27,832 nucleotides of DNA, taken from NCBI GenBank assembly GCA_964013405.1, contig CAXGWI010000032.1, forward strand, positions 1 through 27,832. The letters run 5' to 3'. Both the position numbers and the translations under genes were made by a program. Under the pieces are notes generated by a model. That model ran no database searches and was not told the DNA's origin. It was given only the letters and a program-made list of their open reading frames with translations. The DNA comes from an uncultured Myxococcales bacterium (GTDB lineage Bacteria; Myxococcota; UBA4151). This document shows, one piece after another, positions 18,914 to 25,903 of the stretch (position 1 is the stretch's first letter; every line of letters begins with the position of its first letter).

Positions 18914-20794
18914 CTAGTTGTCGTTCTCCGTCTCTGTGAACTCTGCGTCAACCACTTCAGCATCGCCATCGTCTTCATTGGCTGGTGCTTCCTGACTGCC
19001 ATCGGCATAAAGTTCTTCCGCCATGGCCGCTGTCACTTGGTTGAGGCTTTGCGTTGCCTGTTCGAGAATCGAGGTGTCATCCATATCTAGAACGCCCCGG
19101 GCATTCTTTATTTCCCCTTCGACCTTGGCGACGGTGTCTTCGCTGAGCTTCGCCTTGTTGTCATTGAGGGTGCGCTCGGCCGCATAGGCCAGGGAGTCCA
19201 GTTGATTGCGGGCCTCGGCGTGCTTGCGCTGACGCTCATCCTCTTCGGCATGGGCTTCCGCATCCTGGACCATCTGATCGATGTCGGAATCAGACAGGCC
19301 CGTGCTGTCGGTCACCGTCACGGTTTGTTCCCGTGAGGTCGCCTTGTCCTTGGCGGCCACATGGAGAACGCCGTTCACATCGATATCGAAGGTGACTTCG
19401 ATCTGCGGCACGCCACGGGGAGCCGAGGGGATCCCGTCGAGGTGGAATCGGGCCAAAACCCGGTTGTCGTGGCTCATCTTGCGCTCACCCTGAAGGACGA
19501 CCACTTCCACACTGCTCTGATTGTCGGCGGCGGTAGAGAACACCTCCGTCTTTTTCGCCGGCACCGTGGTGTTGCGGGGAATCAGAACGGTGGAGATGCC
19601 ACCCATGGTCTCGATGCCGAGGCTCAGCGGTGTCACATCGAGCAGCACCATGTTCTTCACATCACCGCTCAGGATGCCGGCCTGAACCGCAGCACCCATA
19701 GCGACCACTTCGTCGGGGTTGACGGAGCGGTTGGGGGCTTTGCCGAAAAAGGCTTCCACCTTTTCTTGGACCATGGGGATCCGGGTGGAGCCGCCGACGA
19801 GCAGGACTTCATCCACATCGGAGGTCTTGAGCTTGGCATCACCGAGGGCCTTGCGACAGGGCGCGAGGGTTCGCTCAATGATGGGGGCGATGAGTTGCTC
19901 GAACTTGGAGCGGGTCAAGGTCACGTTCAAGTGCAGCGGCTCGGCTCCCTTGGCGTACAGGAAGGGGAGGTTGACCTCCGTTTCGAAGGCGCTGGAGAGC
20001 TCCACTTTCGCTTTCTCAGACGCTTCCCGGAGCCGTTGCATCACCACCTTGTCGCCACTGACATCTTCGCTGTTCGCCTTTTGGAATTCGGCGAGGAGGA
20101 ACTCTACGAGGGCCTCGTCGACGTCATCACCCCCGAGGGCCGTGTCACCGTTGGTACTGATCACCTCGACCACGCCATCGCCCACATCAAGGATGGAGAT
20201 ATCGAAGGTGCCGCCGCCGAAGTCATAAACGGCCACTTTGTGGTCGTCTTGTTTGTCGACGCCATAGGCCAAGGCAGCAGCCGTCGGCTCGTTGATGATA
20301 CGGCGCACGTTCAAGCCGGCGATCTTGCCCGCATTTTGCGTTGCCGTACGCTGGGTGTCGTTGAAGTACGCAGGGACGGTGATCACAGCATCGGTCACCT
20401 CTTCACCCAGGGCTGCCTCTGCGGCCGCCTTGAGCTTCTGCAGGACCTTGGCGCTGATCTCTTCGGGGGCCCAAGTCCGTCCGGCCCCCTCGAGGCGGAT
20501 GGAGTCGTTGTCGCCCGAGGTGACCGTGTAGCCCACGCTGTCGGTGAGATTACGGACTTCGGAAAAACGTTTACCGATGAAGCGCTTCACACTCGAAAAT
20601 GTGTTCGCCGGATTGGTCACGGCCTGCCGTCGGGCCACTTGGCCGACGAGGGTCTTACCCTCTTTATCGAAGGCCACCACGGAGGGGGTCGTTCGGGCCC
20701 CTTCCTGATTCACGAGGACTTCCGGTTCTGCCCCCGAGAGGACGGAGACGACCGAGTTGGTCGTGCCCAAGTCGATTCCTACAATCTTACCCAT
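18914..20794 (-). CDS. dnaK: Molecular chaperone DnaK (Hsp70)
   Basis: [45 protein letters not shown] and [10 protein letters not shown] motifs, terminal VVDAEF; AGGAG RBS. Confidence 0.98.
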   Translation of the reverse strand: MGKIVGIDLGTTNSVVSVLSGAEPEVLVNQEGARTTPSVVAFDKEGKTLVGQVARRQAVTNPANTFSSVKRFIGKRFSEVRNLTDSVGYTVTSGDNDSIRLEGAGRTWAPEEISAKVLQKLKAAAEAALGEEVTDAVITVPAYFNDTQRTATQNAGKIAGLNVRRIINEPTAAALAYGVDKQDDHKVAVYDFGGGTFDISILDVGDGVVEVISTNGDTALGGDDVDEALVEFLLAEFQKANSEDVSGDKVVMQRLREASEKAKVELSSAFETEVNLPFLYAKGAEPLHLNVTLTRSKFEQLIAPIIERTLAPCRKALGDAKLKTSDVDEVLLVGGSTRIPMVQEKVEAFFGKAPNRSVNPDEVVAMGAAVQAGILSGDVKNMVLLDVTPLSLGIETMGGISTVLIPRNTTVPAKKTEVFSTAADNQSSVEVVVLQGERKMSHDNRVLARFHLDGIPSAPRGVPQIEVTFDIDVNGVLHVAAKDKATSREQTVTVTDSTGLSDSDIDQMVQDAEAHAEEDERQRKHAEARNQLDSLAYAAERTLNDNKAKLSEDTVAKVEGEIKNARGVLDMDDTSILEQATQSLNQVTAAMAEELYADGSQEAPANEDDGDAEVVDAEFTETENDN

Positions 20795-20851
20795 GGGTAA
20801 CTCCTGTGTTAAAACAGTAACTTGCGCAGCTTCAGTGCTGTCAGCGAGGGC

Positions 20852-20879
20852 AAAGTATGCACGAACCGTCCGTTGTCAA
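20852..20879 (-). promoter_or_regulatory. Sigma70-type promoter for dnaK
   Basis: On the minus strand, a perfect TTGACA (20879-20874), 16 nt spacer and TACTTT (20857-20852), about 58 nt upstream of the dnaK ATG. Confidence 0.55.
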
Positions 20880-20950
20880 GGGCCGCCTGCATTTGCACCC
20901 ATTGCCAGAATCCAGCGCGCGCGCCTAAAGGACTGGAGCGTGGAGGTCCC

Positions 20951-21649
20951 ATGGAGCCTTTAGAAGTCTTACAACTCAATCCCCACCTCTACGAACTCGA
21001 CGAAGCCTGTCTTGCCGATCTTTGTGAGTCGATGGGGCGCCGGCCCATCAAGAAAGACCAGTTGATCTTCGAGAAGCAGGAGGAGGGGCGCAATCTCTTC
21101 ATCGTCGCCCAGGGCCGGGTGAAAGTTCACTTGCACGATGACGCAGGCCGCGAGCTCATTTTGGTGGTTTTCGGGCCTGGCGACCTCTTCGGCGAGATGG
21201 CCTTGCTCGATGACAGGGGGCGCTCCGCGGCCGTGACTGCCGTGGAGTCGGGCTATCTGTTGGTGCTGCCCCGGGCTGCGTTGGAAGCGGGGATCCGCAA
21301 GCACCCCGAGTTAGGTCTTGGCCTCCTGACCATGCTCAGCGAACGCATTCGGGATTCAAACGAAATCATCTTTGATTTGGCCATGCGCGACGTGGTCCAG
21401 CGACTGGCCCGACTGCTCATCCTCCATGGTGACGACCAAAAGCCCGATGATGAAGGTTTGGTACCTTTACCTAGCCTTCCGGCCCAAGCTAGTTTAGCGG
21501 CTCGCATCGGTAGCAGCCGGGAAACGGTGAGCCGGACCATGGCCACATGGCGTCGCCAAGGTATTATTCTGACTCAAGATCGCGTGATCTGCTTGACGCC
21601 AGCCTTCTATCAACGCTTCGAAGGCGGCGAGGAGAACGAAGAAACATGA
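20951..21649 (+). CDS. Crp/Fnr-family transcriptional regulator with cNMP-binding domain
   Basis: GDLFGEMALLD...RSAAVTA phosphate-binding cassette; HTH IGSSRETVSR; ATG 20951 after GGAGG. Confidence 0.93.
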   Translation: MEPLEVLQLNPHLYELDEACLADLCESMGRRPIKKDQLIFEKQEEGRNLFIVAQGRVKVHLHDDAGRELILVVFGPGDLFGEMALLDDRGRSAAVTAVESGYLLVLPRAALEAGIRKHPELGLGLLTMLSERIRDSNEIIFDLAMRDVVQRLARLLILHGDDQKPDDEGLVPLPSLPAQASLAARIGSSRETVSRTMATWRRQGIILTQDRVICLTPAFYQRFEGGEENEET

Positions 21650-22674
21650 CCCAAGATGATGGGGGCTTTCCCCGCAATATTTTAAATCCCCAGGGGAACA
21701 ACCCCTTCGGCGGTGGTGGTGATGGCGGCGGGGTCGAGATTGACCCCGAAGCGGTCGGACGCACCGTGCTCACCGTTTTTGTTCTGGTGTTGATCGCGGC
21801 CATCGCATGGAGCAGTTATTACCAGATCGCGCCCGATGAAGAGGGCGTCGTCCTTCGTTTTGGGCGCTACCACAAGACCACCCAGCCGGGACCTCACTTC
21901 AAGATTCCGCTTGGCGTGGACCAGGTACTGAAGGTGCCCACCCAGCGGCAGATGAAGATGGAGTTCGGCTTTCGGACGGACAAGGTGGCCCAGCGCACCA
22001 GCTATCGCCGGGGCAAAGAGGCTTTGGCCGAGAGCGAGATGCTGACTGGCGACCTCAACGTGGCCGATGTGGAGTGGGTGGTTCAGTACCACATTCACGA
22101 TCCCCAAGCCTATCTGTTCCGTGCCCGCGAGATCGACGAGGTGATTCAGGATCTTTCCGAAGCTGTGATGCGACAAGCGGTCGGTGACGTCAGCGTGAAC
22201 GACCTGCTTACTGGTGGTCGTGAAGCCCTTGCTGCCAATGTGAAGTCGGCTCTTGCGGAGGCGACAGCCCACTACGATTTGGGCATCACAGTCGATCAAT
22301 TGATCATCCAAGATGTGAATCCGCCGGAAGCGGTGAAGCCCAGCTTCAACGAGGTGAACCAAGCTCAGCAGGAGAAAGAGCGGGCGATCAATGAAGCCAT
22401 GGCCCAGTACAACAACCTCGTGCCCCAGGCCCGAGGCAAGGCGGAGCAGAAAATCTCCCAGGCGCGGGGTTATGCCGCCGAACGTGTGAACGGATCGAAG
22501 GGTGATGTGGCCAGCTTCCTCGCGGTGCAAAAAGCCTATGCCCGCTCGCCCAAGGTGACCCGGACCCGCCTGCAGTTGGAAACGCTGCAGAAGGTCTTAC
22601 CTGGCGTTAAAGACAAGTGGGTGGTGACCGGCGCAGGTTCCGGCATCCTGCAACACCTGAAGTTGGGGAAATAA
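21646..22674 (+). CDS. hflK: FtsH protease modulator HflK (SPFH domain)
   Basis: Gly-rich N-terminus, TM segment, GVVLRFG, MLTGDLN, VQY, DVNPPEAV and TRLQLET motifs; ATGA overlap with the crp-like gene. Confidence 0.93.
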   Translation: MTQDDGGFPRNILNPQGNNPFGGGGDGGGVEIDPEAVGRTVLTVFVLVLIAAIAWSSYYQIAPDEEGVVLRFGRYHKTTQPGPHFKIPLGVDQVLKVPTQRQMKMEFGFRTDKVAQRTSYRRGKEALAESEMLTGDLNVADVEWVVQYHIHDPQAYLFRAREIDEVIQDLSEAVMRQAVGDVSVNDLLTGGREALAANVKSALAEATAHYDLGITVDQLIIQDVNPPEAVKPSFNEVNQAQQEKERAINEAMAQYNNLVPQARGKAEQKISQARGYAAERVNGSKGDVASFLAVQKAYARSPKVTRTRLQLETLQKVLPGVKDKWVVTGAGSGILQHLKLGK

Positions 22675-22676
22675 TC

Positions 22677-23732
22677 ATGAGCGGTGGTAAAGCAGCTGGC
22701 GTCATCGTCCTGTTAGTTGGCCTCTTCTTGGGGATGAACGCGATCTACACGGTGTCTGAAGTGGACCAAGTGGTCGTGACCCGCTTCGGTGCCCCGGTGG
22801 GCAAGCCCGAGGTGAATCCGGGACTTAAGTTCAAAGTGCCTTTCGTGGATGTGGTGAACCGCTTCGATAAGCGCTTCTTGCCCTGGGATGGCGATGCCAA
22901 CCAGATGGTGACTGCGGATAAGAAGTATATCTGGGTGGACACCTTCGCCCGCTGGCGGGTCGCGGACCCGCTGTTGTTCTTTCAAAAGGTCCGCAACGAG
23001 AACGGTGCTCAAACCCGTCTCGATGACTTGATCGATGGCGCAACCCGGACCGTGGTCGCCTCCCAGCCCTTGTTGGCGGTGGTGCGTAGCACGGCCCTGA
23101 CCGATGAAGAGTTGGCGGCCGAGGCCGAGAATATCGAGCAGCCCCAGCAGGAGAAGCCGAAGGCTGCCCCTGATCAGGCCGAGGAGCCGGCTGCTGAGGA
23201 TGCAGAGGCGGAGCCCAAGCCGGAGGATGAGGGGGCCAAGAAAGAGGATGCGAAAGCGGATCCGGTCAAGTCCATGCAGGAGTCGGTCCGAGGGCGTAAC
23301 GCCATTCAGGAGCGCATCCGCTCCCTCGCAGCACCGGCTCTGGTCGAGATGGGTATCGAGTTGATCGACGTGCGCATCAAGCGGATCAACTATGTGAACT
23401 CGGTGCAGGTGAAGGTCTTCGAGCGCATGATCTCTGAGCGGAAGCGAATCGCTTCTCAATATCGTTCTGAAGGTCAGGGTGAGGCGGCAAAAATCCGCGG
23501 TCAAATGGAGCAGGAGTTGAAGGAGATCGAGTCCGAATCCTATCGCCAGGCGAAAGAGATTCGAGGCAACGCCGATGCAGAAGCGACAGACATCTACGCG
23601 GAAGCTTACAAGCGCGACCCGGAGTTCTACCGATTCCTGAAGACCTTAGAGACCTACGAGCGGAGCTTCGATGGCAACACCCGCTTTGTGCTCGATACGA
23701 AGGGTGAGTTTACCCGCTATTTGAATCCTTAG
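22677..23732 (+). CDS. hflC: FtsH protease modulator HflC (SPFH domain)
   Basis: VVTRFG, PGLKFKVPF, TADKK, DVRIKRI, RMISER, RSEG and DPEFYRFLKTLETY motifs; starts 2 nt after the hflK stop. Confidence 0.94.
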   Translation: MSGGKAAGVIVLLVGLFLGMNAIYTVSEVDQVVVTRFGAPVGKPEVNPGLKFKVPFVDVVNRFDKRFLPWDGDANQMVTADKKYIWVDTFARWRVADPLLFFQKVRNENGAQTRLDDLIDGATRTVVASQPLLAVVRSTALTDEELAAEAENIEQPQQEKPKAAPDQAEEPAAEDAEAEPKPEDEGAKKEDAKADPVKSMQESVRGRNAIQERIRSLAAPALVEMGIELIDVRIKRINYVNSVQVKVFERMISERKRIASQYRSEGQGEAAKIRGQMEQELKEIESESYRQAKEIRGNADAEATDIYAEAYKRDPEFYRFLKTLETYERSFDGNTRFVLDTKGEFTRYLNP

Positions 23733-23755
23733 TCGGTGGCGGCAAGCTGGCCGCT

Positions 23756-24160
23756 CTACTCAAAACGGATGGGATAGCGGATACTACAGGCTTCCTCGGC
23801 CGGGCTGTCGGGGATGGTGAGGTGTCTGGCCGCCGCGGTGGCGACGCAGCGCGCAGACGGATGGCTGCGGGGTCGTTGCTCTACGCAGCTGGGCTTTCCC
23901 CCATGGGTTTCGATGGTCAACTCGACGAGAACCGGTGGGGCACTGGGGTTATAGCAGGCCCGAATGGGCCCCATGAGTCCTCGCATGGCGGTCTCGATGG
24001 CCTGCTTTCGGAAGCAGCACAGGGGGACCTTGCGCTTTGGGCAACGCTTGGCGACCGACGGGGGCCAGGGGTCTGCCGGGAGGGCAACGGGCTTTGGCGT
24101 GGCGGCGCAGCCCATGGACAGGAGCAGGGCGGCAGCGGCGCTGCGGAAGTTGAAAGGCAT
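23756..24160 (-). CDS. Small Cys-rich lipoprotein with an AgmX/PglI (TonB_C-like) C-terminal domain
   Basis: Lipoprotein-like signal ALLLSMGC; IRACY...ARCV...YPIRF pattern. Start is uncertain: ATG 24160, or ATG 24217 with a GGAG RBS. Confidence 0.55.
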   Translation of the reverse strand: MPFNFRSAAAALLLSMGCAATPKPVALPADPWPPSVAKRCPKRKVPLCCFRKQAIETAMRGLMGPIRACYNPSAPPVLVELTIETHGGKPSCVEQRPRSHPSARCVATAAARHLTIPDSPAEEACSIRYPIRFE

Positions 24161-24343
24161 CAAAGCCAACAACGGTCGCGGCGAGCAAATGTTTCGGGCC
24201 CTCGATGGGCGGTCCATGGCGGCTCCGGAGGCTCCAGTGCCAATTAGGACAAGAGTCGAGCAGTTGAAAAGATAGGCTCGACCCAAGACAGGCTCGAGGT
24301 CACCGGAACCCCAAAGGCTCCGTGCGTTCCCTCAACAGGGCTG

Positions 24344-25825
24344 CTAGCTGCGGGCCAGCATTTCCAAGAGCAGTCCAACCCCATAGCCCGTGGCTCGATC
24401 GGGACCGCTGCACGGACCGGCGATGTCCACGTGAAGGTGAGGGCCTTCGAAGTCCACCAGGTGCTCTTTGAGGAATTGCCCGGCGCTGGCGCTGCTGGCG
24501 TTCATGCGGTCCTTCGTCGTGTTGCGAAGATCGGCCACGGCGCTCTTGTAGTCCTTGCGGAAGAACTCGGGGGCGTAGGGCAGGGGATGGGCGAGGTCGC
24601 CGCTGTAGCGCCCAGCCTTCAATGCGATTTCTTCCAGGTCGCCGTCGTTGCAGTACAGCGCCGCATGGCGCTTGCCTGTGGCGACCAACTGGGCGCCGGT
24701 TAGGGTCGCCATGTCCACAATGTAGTCGGGGTTTAACTTCTTTGCTGCATAGCCCAAACCATCGGCCATCACGAGGCGGCCTTCGGCGTCTGTGTTGTCC
24801 ACTTCCACCGTTTTGCCCGAGTAATGGGTGATGATGTCGTCGGGGCGATAGCTCGCCGCATCCACAGCGTTCTCCGCCAAGCAAAGCAAAGCGGTGACCT
24901 TTTGCTTACCACCGGAAAGGGCATTGGCACGAAAGGCACCCAACATCGCAGCGGCGCCGCCCATGTCGGTCTTCATACCCGCCATGTGACCGCCCACCTT
25001 AATGTTCAGTCCACCGGTGTCGTAGACCATTCCTTTGCCGACCCAGACCACGTGTTTAGTCTTCTTGGTCATCTTCTCAGGGGTGTAGGTCATGATCACG
25101 AGCGCTGGGGGCTCTTCGGCCCCTTTGCCCACATTCCACAGGCCACCGAAGCCTTGATCCCGCAGGGTTTCACCCTTGATGACCCGAACCTTGGTGCCCG
25201 TTTCTTTCGCCACCGCCTTGGCTTCCGCCGTGAAGGTGGTGGTGTTGATGACGGCGCAGGGGCTGTCCACCAAACGGGCAGTGAGACGAACCGAGTTGGC
25301 GCCTTCCACAATCCGAGCATTGGGCTTCAAGACCGACTTGGGGCCCGCCAGAACGATGTGGGCGGTGCGTGATTTTGCGGCCTTCTTCGCCTGCTTCTTT
25401 GACTGCGTCTTGGTGTCAAAGAGTGGGAAGGGGCGGGCACAGGCAAGGCCTGTAGCAAAAGCGTGATCGTTGTCGTCGAGCAAGCAGATGATCCCTAGGT
25501 CGCCATCGCCAGCGGAGTTGGAGCCGATCAGATCATGGACGAAGTGGCTGCGGCTGGGGCTGCAGTGGCGACTGGCGCCCTTGGGCAGGACACAGAGGGT
25601 GACCCGTTCGGTGCCTTCGCTGCCGGTGTAGGTGGTGCGACTGGTACCCGTATCACCGGGACTTAGGTCCCGTGTCAGGGCAGCCCAGACTTCGTCGTTT
25701 AATTCGGGGACGAGCTTGCGGCCGTCCGCCTCGATCCGTGCTGCGCTACCGACGATGAGCAAACGCTCATGTCCCTGCGCGTCACTCAACTTACTTTCAA
25801 AGGCCAAATTCACAGGATTCGCCAC
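24344..25825 (-). CDS. M17 leucyl aminopeptidase, NPEPL1-like
   Basis: VGKGMVYDTGGLNIK, MKTDMGGAA, NTDAEGRL, DMATLTGA and HVDIAG motifs; N-domain SRHCSPSRSH; GTG 25825 after GAGGAG gives MANPVNLAF. Confidence 0.93.
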   Translation of the reverse strand: MANPVNLAFESKLSDAQGHERLLIVGSAARIEADGRKLVPELNDEVWAALTRDLSPGDTGTSRTTYTGSEGTERVTLCVLPKGASRHCSPSRSHFVHDLIGSNSAGDGDLGIICLLDDNDHAFATGLACARPFPLFDTKTQSKKQAKKAAKSRTAHIVLAGPKSVLKPNARIVEGANSVRLTARLVDSPCAVINTTTFTAEAKAVAKETGTKVRVIKGETLRDQGFGGLWNVGKGAEEPPALVIMTYTPEKMTKKTKHVVWVGKGMVYDTGGLNIKVGGHMAGMKTDMGGAAAMLGAFRANALSGGKQKVTALLCLAENAVDAASYRPDDIITHYSGKTVEVDNTDAEGRLVMADGLGYAAKKLNPDYIVDMATLTGAQLVATGKRHAALYCNDGDLEEIALKAGRYSGDLAHPLPYAPEFFRKDYKSAVADLRNTTKDRMNASSASAGQFLKEHLVDFEGPHLHVDIAGPCSGPDRATGYGVGLLLEMLARS

Positions 25826-25903
25826 GGGTTCTCCTCGCATACTTTCGCCAAAGGCGGCCTCCTTTGCCCCGGGACCCTGCCCATGTCCAGGCCGGGTTGA
25901 GCC

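Noticed and set aside
19361..20800. 479-aa plus-strand ORF antisense to dnaK
   Set aside because: Long antisense ORFs opposite hsp70 genes are a known codon-bias artefact; it has no independent motifs.
23738..23755. Short hairpin GGCGGC-aagctg-GCCGCT between hflC and the convergent lipoprotein gene
   Set aside because: The stem is short and there is no U-tract on either strand, so it is not called a terminator.
24161..24343. ~180-nt gap considered as 6S RNA, SRP RNA or a riboswitch
   Set aside because: No recognisable conserved motif or long end-to-end pairing, and part of it may be coding. An Rfam scan would settle it.
24300..24345. Minus-strand TGGGGTTCCG (LGFR) matching the end of the FGE gene, considered as a DGR template repeat
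   Set aside because: The match is only about 10 nt, with no AAY-rich upstream similarity and no RT nearby.
25836..25845. AAAGTATGC 9-mer shared with the dnaK/crp intergenic region (20852-20860)
   Set aside because: A single short match that could arise by chance; no palindromic or positional support.
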